Of a stretch of DNA of 64,000 bases, positions 48,168-58,830 are shown in pieces; position 1 is the first letter of the stretch; each line of letters begins with the position of its first letter. The stretch is taken from contig DATKSZ010000014.1 in the NCBI GenBank assembly GCA_035531375.1, positions 23,031 to 87,030 of the forward strand, in the 5' to 3' direction. Position numbers and translations under genes: made by a program. A model generated the notes under the pieces. That model did not search any database and was not told where the DNA came from. It saw only the letters and a program-made list of their open reading frames with translations. The DNA comes from Terriglobales bacterium. Lineage in GTDB: Bacteria > Acidobacteriota > Terriglobia > Terriglobales > SCQP01.

Positions 48168-48782
48168 TTAGGCCGTGGGGGTGTCGTCGCCCACCTTGAA
48201 CCGGGCGTAGCGCCTCACCTGGATATTCTCGCCGAACTTGGCCACCTTGGCGGCCACCAGCTCGCCCACCGTCATCTTGTCGTCCTTGATGAAGTGCTGC
48301 TCCAAAAGGCAGTGCTCCTCGAAGTACTTGCCCAGCCGGCCCTCCACGATCTTTTCCAGCACCGCCGCCGGCTTGCCCGCCGCCGTCGCCTGCGCCTGCT
48401 CCAGCAGCGTGGCGCGCTCGGCCGCCACCACCTCCGCCGGCACCGCCGCGCGCGACACATAGCGCGGCCCGGTGGCGGCGATGTGCATCGCCAAGTCGTG
48501 CACCAGTTGCTGGAACTCCTCCGTGCGCGCCACGAAGTCGCTCTCGCAAGCCACCTCCAGCAGCACTCCCAGCTTCCCGCCGGCGTGGATGTAGGTCCCC
48601 ACCGATCCCTCGGCGGCCGCCCGGCTGGCCTTCTTGGCCGCCGCGGCGATGCCTTGCCGCAGCAACACCACCTCGGCCTGGGCCATGTCGCCGTTGGCCT
48701 CGGCCAGGGCGCGCTTGCAGTCCATCATCGGAGCGCCGGTGCGCTCGCGCAGGGTCTTGACGTGGGCAGCGGTGATTTCCAT
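48168..48782 (-). CDS. tsf: Translation elongation factor Ts
   Basis: MEITAAHVKTLRERTGAPMMDCKRALAEANGDM is the UBA-like N-terminus. ...GKLGVLLEVACESDFVARTEEF follows. Confidence 0.95.
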   Translation of the reverse strand: MEITAAHVKTLRERTGAPMMDCKRALAEANGDMAQAEVVLLRQGIAAAAKKASRAAAEGSVGTYIHAGGKLGVLLEVACESDFVARTEEFQQLVHDLAMHIAATGPRYVSRAAVPAEVVAAERATLLEQAQATAAGKPAAVLEKIVEGRLGKYFEEHCLLEQHFIKDDKMTVGELVAAKVAKFGENIQVRRYARFKVGDDTPTA

Positions 48783-48827
48783 AGTCGTCGGTTGCCAATC
48801 CCGGCGGGGCGGTCGCCCCGGCCGGCA

Positions 48828-49706
48828 TTAAAGCGCGGGCGCGGATTGCTGCGGCGGCTCGGCCTCGCCACCGTCGTGGCCCGGCCCCTTGCGCAGCTCG
48901 GGCTCTTCCCAGCCCGCCGCCAGCGAGCCGTCCAGCGCCGCCAGATCGGGGGCCGGCTCCTCGCCGCCCTCTTCCCCCGCCCCCTCGGGCGCTGCCGCCG
49001 CTCCGCCCTGCCCGCCCGAGGCCTGCAGGTGCCGCCCCTCGGCGCAGGCGTCGGCGATGCGCGAGGTGAACAGCCGAATCGCGCGCAGCGCGTCGTCGTT
49101 GCCCGGAATCACGTGGTCCACCTCCGACGGATCGCAGTTGGTGTCCACCACGGCGACCACCGGTATCCCCAGCTTGCGCGCCTCCGCCACCGCGATCTGC
49201 TCCTTGTTGGAGTCAATCACGAAGATCACGTCCGGCAGCCCCGGCATGTCCTTGATCCCGGCCAGGTTGGAGTGCAGGTGCTTGCGCTCCCGCTCCAGCT
49301 TGATCACTTCCTTCTTCGGCAACTGCTCGTAGCGCCCGTCGGTCGCCATCTCGTCCAGTTCCTTCAGCCGCTTGATGGACTTCTGGATCGTGACCCAGTT
49401 GGTCAGCAGGCCCCCCAGCCAGCGCTGGTTGACATAGAACATCCCCGCCCGGGTGGCCTCTTCGGCGATGGCGTCCTGCGCCTGCCGCTTGGTGCCCACG
49501 AACAGCACCGTCTTGCCCTGGGCGCACTGCTCCTGCACGAAGCGCGACGCGTCCTTGAACATCTTCAGCGTCTTCTGCAGGTCGACGATGTAAATGCCGT
49601 TGCGCTCCCCGAAGATATATTCCTTCATCTTCGGGTTCCAGCGTTTGGTTTGGTGCCCGAAGTGTACCCCCGCCTCGAGCAGCTCTTTCATGCTAATGGA
49701 TGCCAA
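48828..49706 (-). CDS. rpsB: 30S ribosomal protein S2 (with acidic/Gly-rich C-terminal extension)
   Basis: [43 protein letters not shown] is present. TTG 49706 is preferred because GGAGGAGG lies 4 nt upstream. The in-frame ATG at 49691 is the alternative. Confidence 0.95.
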   Translation of the reverse strand: MASISMKELLEAGVHFGHQTKRWNPKMKEYIFGERNGIYIVDLQKTLKMFKDASRFVQEQCAQGKTVLFVGTKRQAQDAIAEEATRAGMFYVNQRWLGGLLTNWVTIQKSIKRLKELDEMATDGRYEQLPKKEVIKLERERKHLHSNLAGIKDMPGLPDVIFVIDSNKEQIAVAEARKLGIPVVAVVDTNCDPSEVDHVIPGNDDALRAIRLFTSRIADACAEGRHLQASGGQGGAAAAPEGAGEEGGEEPAPDLAALDGSLAAGWEEPELRKGPGHDGGEAEPPQQSAPAL

Positions 49707-49773
49707 GCAACCTCCTCCCAAAGTTTGCAACCGCTGCGGCCAGCCTGCCCGCCGCGGTTTTCTTCCCAGCGCC

Positions 49774-50169
49774 TTAGCGCTTGGAGAATTGGAAGCGCTT
49801 GCGCGCCCCCTTCTGGCCGTACTTCTTCCGTTCCTTCATGCGCGAGTCGCGCGTCAACAGCCCCGCCGCCCGCAGCTTGGCGCGCAGCCCCGGATCCACC
49901 GCCAGCAGCGCCCGCGCAATGCCCAGCGACACCGCCCCGCTCTGGCTCGACACCCCGCCCCCGTGCACGTTGGCCAGCACGTCGAACTGCTCCGCCATCT
50001 CCACCGCCACCAGCGGCCGGTTGGCCAGGATCTCGCGCGTGGGCGTGCCAAAGTAGGCCGCGAAGGGTTTGCCGTTGATCTTGCGTTGGCCGCTGCCCGG
50101 GCGCAGGATCACCCGCGCCACCGAACTCTTGCGCCGGCCGGTTGCCTGAATCTGTGAAGTCTCTGCCAT
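49774..50169 (-). CDS. rpsI: 30S ribosomal protein S9
   Basis: [19 protein letters not shown]...[19 protein letters not shown]...[25 protein letters not shown]. Confidence 0.95.
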   Translation of the reverse strand: MAETSQIQATGRRKSSVARVILRPGSGQRKINGKPFAAYFGTPTREILANRPLVAVEMAEQFDVLANVHGGGVSSQSGAVSLGIARALLAVDPGLRAKLRAAGLLTRDSRMKERKKYGQKGARKRFQFSKR

Positions 50170-50187
50170 GGTGGTGATCTCGTCTCC

Positions 50188-50640
50188 CTACGCGCCCGCC
50201 GCGCGGCTCCGGGTCAGCCGCACCGCCTGCGGCTGCTGCGCCGCATGCGGATGCTCCGCCCCGCCGTACACCTTGAGCTTCGCGCCCAAGTGCTTGCCCA
50301 GCTTGGTCTTCGGCAGCATCCCCTCCACCGCCTCCCGCACCACCTGCTCCGGGTGCTTGCCCATCCGGTCGCGCAGCGTGCGCGACTTCAGCCCCCCCGG
50401 CGTGCCGGTGAAGTGGTGGTACTCCTTCTGCTCCAGCTTCTGCCCCGTCACCTTCACCTTGGCGGCGTTGATGATGACCACGTGCTCGCCCGTGTCCATG
50501 AAGGGGGTGAAGTGCGCGCTCGCCTTGCCCCGCAGGAGCTGCGCCACGCGCGCGGCCAGCCGCCCCAGCACCTCGTCGGTGGCGTCCACCAGGTACCACT
50601 GGGGGGTGACGGTCTTGCTGCTTGGAAAATACGTGCTCAT
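50188..50640 (-). CDS. rplM: 50S ribosomal protein L13
   Basis: WYLVDATDEVLGRLAARVAQLLRGK...VVIINAAKVKVTG.K...K.Y..H. Confidence 0.95.
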   Translation of the reverse strand: MSTYFPSSKTVTPQWYLVDATDEVLGRLAARVAQLLRGKASAHFTPFMDTGEHVVIINAAKVKVTGQKLEQKEYHHFTGTPGGLKSRTLRDRMGKHPEQVVREAVEGMLPKTKLGKHLGAKLKVYGGAEHPHAAQQPQAVRLTRSRAAGA

Positions 50641-50780
50641 GCCAATTTGCTCCCACCCGCCTCAAACTGTTGTCCAACCGAGGGTTCCCACGCGGATGTC
50701 CACAATGATGCGGACCCCCGGCTCGAGGCTTCTCCAAACTACACCATGAGGAGGAGGAACGACGGGCAGGACAAGCTAAA

Positions 50781-50809
50781 ACGATAGTGGAAACCCCGCC
50801 AAATGTCAA
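50781..50809 (-). promoter_or_regulatory. Candidate sigma70-type promoter of rplM-rpsI (TTGACA-N17-TATCGT)
   Basis: The minus strand reads TTGACA tttggcggggtttccac TATCGT, with a consensus -35 and a 17-nt spacer. It lies ~135 nt upstream of the rplM ATG. Confidence 0.45.
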
Positions 50810-51459
50810 CCTGGACCCGCTCGCCTCACATGGTGGGCCACCGCCGGCGGCAGGTTCCACCCCACCCGCGTCTCCTGGTGCGGATTTTGGCGCAGAAACG
50901 CCTCCACTACTTCCCCCACCGCCCGCAGCCGCGCCCGCTCCCCCGCGTCCCGGATCCAGGCACACTTCAGATCCCGTATATAGAGGTACTCGAAATACGA
51001 CAACACCCCTCCCGGCCGCAGGTGCCCCAGCAACAACCCCAGCCAGGCCTCGACCTGCTCCGGAGCAAAGTTGTTCAGCGGCAACCCCGAAACGATGAAG
51101 TCGAACTCCGCCCCCGCCGGCAACTCGGCAATGCTGGCAAAATGCAGCCCGCAGCCAATGCCGCGCCCCTCCGCCTCGGCGCGGCAAGCCTCCAAAAAGG
51201 GCCGAAAGGCGGGGTTGATCTCGTACACCTCCAGCCCATCCCCCGCCCCCAATTGGTCCAGAATCGCCCGGGTGAACACCCCCGTCCCCGCCCCCACCTC
51301 CAGCACCCGCAGCCCCCCCGCCGGCGCCAGCGCCAGCGGCGTGGTGATCGCCCGCGCCAGCGCCGCCCCGCTCGGCGCAATCGCCCCGGTGGTGTGGAAG
51401 TGCTCGCGAAACTGCGTGTAGAACAGCCGATAGCCCCGCCAAGCCGAGGCCGCCCGCAT
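50806..51459 (-). CDS. Class I SAM-dependent methyltransferase
   Basis: VLEVGAGTGVFTRAIL is SAM motif I, followed by EVYEINP and FIVSGLPLNNF. ATG 51459 is preferred because GGGAG lies 5 nt upstream. The track start is 51534. Confidence 0.7.
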   Translation of the reverse strand: MRAASAWRGYRLFYTQFREHFHTTGAIAPSGAALARAITTPLALAPAGGLRVLEVGAGTGVFTRAILDQLGAGDGLEVYEINPAFRPFLEACRAEAEGRGIGCGLHFASIAELPAGAEFDFIVSGLPLNNFAPEQVEAWLGLLLGHLRPGGVLSYFEYLYIRDLKCAWIRDAGERARLRAVGEVVEAFLRQNPHQETRVGWNLPPAVAHHVRRAGPG

Positions 51460-51527
51460 GGTGGCTCCCATCACGCCCAGTATAGCCACCCTCTCGTGCC
51501 CTTCCGCCCGCGGGCTACAATCACCCC

Positions 51528-52400
51528 ATGCCACGGACCCCAGGCCTGCTCCTCTGCCTGCTCGCCCTGCTGGCCGCGCCCCGCGGCCGCGCCCAATCCC
51601 TCGACACCGCCGCCATCAACCACGCCATGGCAACCTCCGGCGCCTGGGTCGAGGGCGTTTATCTGATCACCCTGCCCCGCCCCGACCTCCGCGTCCGCGT
51701 GGGCGATCTCCACCTGGCCCCGGGACAGCTCGACTCGCTGGTCACCTTCACCGGCTCGCGCGGCCAGGCCGCCGTCATGGGCGATCTCTGCCTGCGCCTC
51801 AACGAAATCACCCCGGTGATCGCCCGCCTGCGCGCCCACGGCCTCGACGTCACCGGCGTGCACAACCATTTCCTCAACGAGGCCCCGCGCCTGATGTTTG
51901 TCCACTTCACCGGCCACGGCGCCGAAACCGCCCTCGCCCGCGCCGTCATGGACGCCTACGCCGCCACCGCCACCCCGGCTTTTCTCCGCCACCGACCCCG
52001 GCCCGCCGCGCCCGCCGCCGTCGCCCCCGCCTGGGTGGCCGCGGTCGAGCGCGCGCTCGGCCGCCACGGCGCCTGGGGCGAGGGCCTGCTCGACGTTGAC
52101 ATCGCCCACGCCGACCAGCCCACGCTGCCGGATTACTGGAAGTCAACGGCGCTCCTGTTCCAATCCGCCGGCGCCGGCCAGGTCGCCGCCACCGGCGACC
52201 TCGCCGTCGCCGCCGCCGAGGTCAACCCCGTCCTCTCCGCCCTCACCGCCCACGGCTTCCAGATCCTCGCCCTGCACAACCACATGCTCAACGAGCGTCC
52301 CCGCCTGTTCTTCATCCACTTCTGGAAGGTGGCGCCTCCGCTCCAGCTCTGCGCCGGCCTGCAAGCCGCCCTAGCCGCCGTGCACTCCCGCCTGCCCTGA
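51528..52400 (+). CDS. Secreted DUF1259 (LppY/LpqO-like) protein, two tandem domains
   Basis: The signal peptide is LLLCLLALLAAPRGRAQS. The internal duplication is marked by GVHNHFLNEAPRLMFVHFTGHG and ALHNHMLNERPRLFFIHFWKV. The family name is from memory. Confidence 0.7.
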   Translation: MPRTPGLLLCLLALLAAPRGRAQSLDTAAINHAMATSGAWVEGVYLITLPRPDLRVRVGDLHLAPGQLDSLVTFTGSRGQAAVMGDLCLRLNEITPVIARLRAHGLDVTGVHNHFLNEAPRLMFVHFTGHGAETALARAVMDAYAATATPAFLRHRPRPAAPAAVAPAWVAAVERALGRHGAWGEGLLDVDIAHADQPTLPDYWKSTALLFQSAGAGQVAATGDLAVAAAEVNPVLSALTAHGFQILALHNHMLNERPRLFFIHFWKVAPPLQLCAGLQAALAAVHSRLP

Positions 52401-52411
52401 CGCGCCCGCGC

Positions 52412-53179
52412 TCAGCGGGCGGTGTAGCCGCCGTCAATCACCAGCTCGGAGCCGGTGATGAACTTGGCCTCGTCGGAGGCGAGGTAGACCACCCCGTAGG
52501 CGATGTCGTCGGGCTCGCCCATGCGGCCGATGGGGTGGAGGGCCGCCACCGCCGCCCGTCCGGCCTCCAGATCCCCGCGGCCGCTCAGGAAGCCCTCCAC
52601 CATCGGGGTCCAGATGAAGCCCGGGTGCACCGAGTTGACGCGAATGCCGTCGCGGGCGTACAGCAGCGCGTCGGTCTTGCTCATCAGCCGGATCGCGCCC
52701 TTGGAGGCGTGGTAGGGCGGCGCATCGGGCGCCCCCACCAGCCCGTAGATCGATGACAGATTGATGATGCTGCCCCCGCCCGCCCGCTGCAGGTGCGGGA
52801 TGGCGTGCTTGCTGCAGAAGAACGCCCCCTTGACGTTGACCGCCTGCACCGCGTCCCACTCTGCCTCGCTGAGCTCGTGGGTGGGCTTGTTGGCGCCGGC
52901 GATGCCGGCGTTGTTGACCAGCACGTGGAGCGCGCCGAAGTGCCGGGCCGCGTCGGCGACCGCGTCGCGCACCTCGCCCTCGCGCGTCACATCCGCGTGC
53001 CAATACCGCACCGGGAAGCCGCGGCCCGCCATTTGCTCCGCCAGCGCCTGGCCGGCGGCATCTTGGATGTCAAAGCAGGCCACCGCCGCGCCCGCCTCGG
53101 CCATGCGCAGCACGCACGCCGCGCCAATGCCCATGGACCCGCCGGTGACGATCGCGACTTTGCCCTGCAGCCGTCCCAT
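52412..53179 (-). CDS. SDR family oxidoreductase (classical)
   Basis: GKVAIVTGGSMGIGAA is the TGxxxGxG motif. NNAG is present, and the catalytic SSIYGLVG...YHASKGA (YxxxK) follows. Confidence 0.9.
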   Translation of the reverse strand: MGRLQGKVAIVTGGSMGIGAACVLRMAEAGAAVACFDIQDAAGQALAEQMAGRGFPVRYWHADVTREGEVRDAVADAARHFGALHVLVNNAGIAGANKPTHELSEAEWDAVQAVNVKGAFFCSKHAIPHLQRAGGGSIINLSSIYGLVGAPDAPPYHASKGAIRLMSKTDALLYARDGIRVNSVHPGFIWTPMVEGFLSGRGDLEAGRAAVAALHPIGRMGEPDDIAYGVVYLASDEAKFITGSELVIDGGYTAR

Positions 53180-53215
53180 GGCCCTTCAGCGGCTTGGATG
53201 CCGATCGGAGAAGCT

Positions 53216-53291
53216 TGGTAGCGCCAGCGGGATTCGAACCCGCGATCTTCGCCTTGAGAGGGCGACGTCCTAACCGCTAGACGATGGCGCC
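53216..53291 (-). tRNA. tRNA-Glu (anticodon CUC)
   Basis: The minus strand reads GGCGCCA TC GTC TAGCGGTTAG GAC G TCGCC CT-CTC-AA GGCGA AGATC GCGGG TTCGAAT CCCGC TGGCGCT A CCA. This folds by hand into a 76-nt cloverleaf with a 3-bp D stem typical of tRNA-Glu, a GTTCGAATC T-loop and an encoded CCA. Position 1:72 is a G:U pair. Confidence 0.9.
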
Positions 53292-53387
53292 ACGGCCACG
53301 AACCTGTTCGCCAAAAGGCGCTGCTGGCTCACACAGGTTCAGCTTCCACTGTAGCAAGCGCGGCGGTGGCTGGCAACCCGGAGCCGC

Positions 53388-53897
53388 CTACCGCCGCCCG
53401 GCGGCGCCGTAATGCTTCGCCAAGTAGCCGCGCACGTTGGTTGGCGCGGGCCCCAGCGCGCCTGCGGCGCGCGTCCCGCTTGTGCTCGCGCCGACTTGGG
53501 GGCCCGTGGCCCCAAGTCGGCGCTGCGCTTCGCTGGGGCCGCGCCGCATTTGTTTCCCGGGGGCGCAGACGCGCCACTGGCGCGTCTGCCCCTGCGGAAT
53601 TTCGCAACCTTTCGCGCCGATTTTGCCGGCAGGCAAAGCGGCGCGACCCCCGCGAGCGGCCAGTTCCCGCGGCGAGGCTTCCAGCCCGTTGTCCTGCATC
53701 TCGTCGAGCGTGTCCCGCCACTGGGCCAGCGTTTGCCGGGTTGCGACCACCCGCGCCAAGCCATGGCAATCCGAGCACAGCCGCACCGTGGCGGCCTTGC
53801 CCGCGCCCGCCGGCGATGGCCGGATCCGGCGGCAGCGCCGGCGCGACCGCCCGCCCAAGGCGGCGGCGAAGCCGCCGCGGGCGCGGACGCGGCGCAT
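53388..53897 (-). CDS. Small CxxCH-motif ORF (cytochrome c-like) carrying a ~220-bp palindromic repeat in frame; possibly a pseudogene
   Basis: The 169-aa ORF starts 4 nt after the upstream methyltransferase stop. ...AATVRLCSDCHGLARVVATRQTLAQWRDTLDEMQDNGLEASPRELAA is followed by a ~72-aa repeat-encoded insert, then NVRGYLAKHYGAAGRR. The two flanks together resemble a single small haem-binding domain (CxxCH...W...M...YLAK..G). No convincing signal peptide is visible, which argues for decay or a wrong start. Confidence 0.3.
   Translation of the reverse strand: MRRVRARGGFAAALGGRSRRRCRRIRPSPAGAGKAATVRLCSDCHGLARVVATRQTLAQWRDTLDEMQDNGLEASPRELAARGGRAALPAGKIGAKGCEIPQGQTRQWRVCAPGKQMRRGPSEAQRRLGATGPQVGASTSGTRAAGALGPAPTNVRGYLAKHYGAAGRR
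53439..53661. repeat. Multi-hairpin GC-rich repeat element, copy A (223 bp)
   Basis: It aligns by eye along its whole length with 63581-63858, in the same orientation. It contains at least four stem-loops: 53456-53472, 53488-53523, 53559-53592 and 53613-53645. Confidence 0.75.
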
Positions 53898-53900
53898 GGC

Positions 53901-56038
<2,138 letters not shown>

Positions 56039-56088
56039 CTAAAGCGTACACTCCATGGTATTTCCTTCCCCTCCCGCGCACCCCCCCC

Positions 56089-58830
56089 ATGCCCGCCAAC
56101 CGCGATGTCGGACCCTTCGAGGTGATCGAGCCCTTGGGCGCCGGCGGCATGGGCGAGGTCTTCAAGGCCCGCGACCGCCGCCTCAACCGCCTGGTGGCGT
56201 TGAAGTTTTTGCCCGAGGCCGCCACCCCCGCCGCCCGCGAACGCTTCCAGCGCGAGGCCACCGCCATCGCCGCCCTCAACCATCCCCACATCTGCACCCT
56301 CTTCGAGATCGGCGACGACCACGGTCGGCCCTACCTGGTGCTCGAGCTGCTCGAGGGCGAGACCTTGCGCGCCCGGCTCGCCCGCGGCCCGCTGTCGCCG
56401 GAGCAGTTGCTCGACTGGGCGGTGCAGATCGCCGACGCCCTCGACGCCGCCCACCGCCGCGGCATCCTCCACCGCGACCTCAAGCCCGACAACATCTGGG
56501 TCTCCCCCGGCGGTCATCTCAAGGTGCTCGACTTCGGCCTCGCCCGCCTCGAAGCCCCCGATCCCTCCGACGCCGCCGGCGCCACCCTCACCGACGGCCG
56601 CACCCTCACCTCGCCCGGCATGACCCTCGGCACCATCCCCTACATGTCGCCCGAGCAGGCCCGCGGCGAAACCCTCGACCCCCGCTCCGACCTGTTCAGC
56701 TTCGGCTCGGTCTTCTACGAGATGGCCTGCGGACGCCGCGCCTTCCCCGCCAGCGGTGCCGCCGACTCCATCGCCGCCATCCTCAAGGAGCAGCCCCCCC
56801 GCCTCGGACAACTCCGCCCCGAATTGCCCCTCAAATTCGACGAGGTCGCCAGCCGCTGCCTGGAGAAAGACCCCGATCTGCGCTACCAGTCTGCCGCCGA
56901 CTTGCGCAGCGACTTGAAGCGCCTCAAGCGCGAGAGCGGCACGCTCACCCCAGCCCCCGCCTCCGACCCCAGCGCGCCCGCCACGGTCGCCCTGCCCGCG
57001 CCCCCGCCCCGCCCCAGCGCCGCCCCCCTCTCCTCCGACGCCCAAGTGCTGGGCGGCCTGGTCCGCCGCCACTGGCGCTGGCCCGCGCTGGCCGCCCTGG
57101 CGCTCGTCGCCGCCGCCCTGGCCTGGTGGCGCTTCGCCCCCCGGCCCCCGGCCGCGCCCATCAACCTGACCTTCCGCCAGCTCACCTTCACCGGCCACGT
57201 GCTCGACGCCGCCATCTCCCCCGACGGCAAGTTCCTCGCCCACGTGGACCTCAACCCCGGCGGCACCTCCCTCCACCTGCTCTCCATCGCCAGCGGCAGT
57301 GACGTGCAAATCGTCCCTCCCGGCGACGGTTGTTGCGCCGCCCCCACCTTCTCCCCCGACGGCAGCGCCGTCTACTTCCAGGCCAACGATCGCCTGGAGG
57401 CGGTCCCGGTGCTCGGCGGCGCGGTGCGCCCCATCGCCAGCCACGTCTGCAGCGGCGCCGGCTTCTCCCCCGACGGCAGCCAGATCGCCTACCTCACCGC
57501 GCCCACCGCAACCAGCCAACTCATCCTCGCCCGCCCCGATGGTGCGCAGCCGCGCGTGCTGCATGAAACTGCGCCCGGTGTTGGCTACCTGTCCACTTGC
57601 TGGGGCTCTCCCGGAGCGCTTGTCCATCCCCCCGCCTGGTCGCCCGACGGCCGCCTTCTCGCCGTGGCCAAATTCGGCAATGGCGTCGGCACCCACGTCG
57701 AGACCGTCAACACCGCCGACGGCCACGTCGCCGATGATCTCGCCCCCGACCTCAACTTTGGCGGGGCCGACCTGAACTGGCTGCCCGATGGCAGCGGCCT
57801 GGTCCTCACCGCCGCCATGCCCGCCTCGGCGGTCCCCCAAGCCTGGCTGCTGCCCTATCCCAGCGGTCCGGCCAAGGCGCTCACCAACGACCTGCAGGGC
57901 TACTCCAGCGCCAGCCTCTCCGCCCAGGGCGATCTCGTCCTCCTCCACAACGCTCCCCAATACTCCATCTGGGCACAAGCCTCCCCCCAGGCCGAACTGC
58001 GCCAGTTGCCCGGCGGCGGCTCCAACCAGGATGGTTTCAACGGCCTTGCCTGGACGCCCCAAGACGCTCTGGTCACCACCCGCACCTTCGGCGGCAAGGT
58101 GCAACTCTGGTCGGACAACGCCGACGGCACCGCCGCCCATCCCCTGCTGCCCGACGCGCCCTCGAGTCTCAGCGGTCCGGTGGTGGCGCCGAACGGACAG
58201 ATCCTCTTTTCCGCCGGCACCAAAGCCAATGATGTCTGGCGCGTCAATGCCGACGGCACCGGCCTCATCCGCTTCCAGCCCGCCGGCCCGGCCAGCCAAA
58301 ACTCACTGCCCACCCTGGTGGACGGCGGCCAAGCCGTGGTCTACCTGCACCTCCTGGGCAACCGTCAAACCCTTTGGCAGGCGCCACTCGGCGGCGGCCC
58401 CGCCCACCAGATTTGGTCCGGCAACGTCTTTGTGGACGGCAACCCCGCCTCCCCCGACGGCAACCGCCTCTTCGCCGAAACCATGGGTCCCGGCCAGTCC
58501 CACGTCGCCGCCATCATCCAACTCGACGGTGGTCAAGCCCAAGTCCATACCATCGCCCTCGACCACGCCACCATGCAGGGGCCCTACAATTGGACCCCCG
58601 ACGGCCGCGCCATCACCTACATCGTCAACCACGGCACCACCGACAACCTCTGGGCCTTTCCCCTCGACGGCCGCAAGCCCTACCCCCTCACCCACTTCAC
58701 CGACCTGCGCATCGCCGCCTACGCCTTCTCCCACGACGGCCGCCTCGCCCTCAGCCGCGGCAGCCCCAACACCGACGCCGTCCTCGCCACCGGCCTCGCC
58801 CCGGCGAACTCCGCCAGCCATGCCCACTAA
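56089..58830 (+). CDS. Ser/Thr protein kinase with TM segment and C-terminal TolB-like beta-propeller repeats
   Basis: ATG 56089. The Hanks motifs are LGAGGMGEVFKA, VALKFL, HRDLKPDN, DFGLA and MSPEQ. After a Pro-rich linker and one TM (WPALAALALVAAALAWW), repeated SPDG-type propeller blades follow. Confidence 0.9.
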   Translation: MPANRDVGPFEVIEPLGAGGMGEVFKARDRRLNRLVALKFLPEAATPAARERFQREATAIAALNHPHICTLFEIGDDHGRPYLVLELLEGETLRARLARGPLSPEQLLDWAVQIADALDAAHRRGILHRDLKPDNIWVSPGGHLKVLDFGLARLEAPDPSDAAGATLTDGRTLTSPGMTLGTIPYMSPEQARGETLDPRSDLFSFGSVFYEMACGRRAFPASGAADSIAAILKEQPPRLGQLRPELPLKFDEVASRCLEKDPDLRYQSAADLRSDLKRLKRESGTLTPAPASDPSAPATVALPAPPPRPSAAPLSSDAQVLGGLVRRHWRWPALAALALVAAALAWWRFAPRPPAAPINLTFRQLTFTGHVLDAAISPDGKFLAHVDLNPGGTSLHLLSIASGSDVQIVPPGDGCCAAPTFSPDGSAVYFQANDRLEAVPVLGGAVRPIASHVCSGAGFSPDGSQIAYLTAPTATSQLILARPDGAQPRVLHETAPGVGYLSTCWGSPGALVHPPAWSPDGRLLAVAKFGNGVGTHVETVNTADGHVADDLAPDLNFGGADLNWLPDGSGLVLTAAMPASAVPQAWLLPYPSGPAKALTNDLQGYSSASLSAQGDLVLLHNAPQYSIWAQASPQAELRQLPGGGSNQDGFNGLAWTPQDALVTTRTFGGKVQLWSDNADGTAAHPLLPDAPSSLSGPVVAPNGQILFSAGTKANDVWRVNADGTGLIRFQPAGPASQNSLPTLVDGGQAVVYLHLLGNRQTLWQAPLGGGPAHQIWSGNVFVDGNPASPDGNRLFAETMGPGQSHVAAIIQLDGGQAQVHTIALDHATMQGPYNWTPDGRAITYIVNHGTTDNLWAFPLDGRKPYPLTHFTDLRIAAYAFSHDGRLALSRGSPNTDAVLATGLAPANSASHAH

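Noticed and set aside
53300-53340. An 8-bp inverted repeat, GAACCTGT ... ACAGGTTC, with a 25-nt loop immediately upstream of tRNA-Glu on its strand.
   Set aside because: It could be a processing or terminator structure between the CxxCH ORF and the tRNA. The stem is short, the loop is long, and I have nothing to compare it with.
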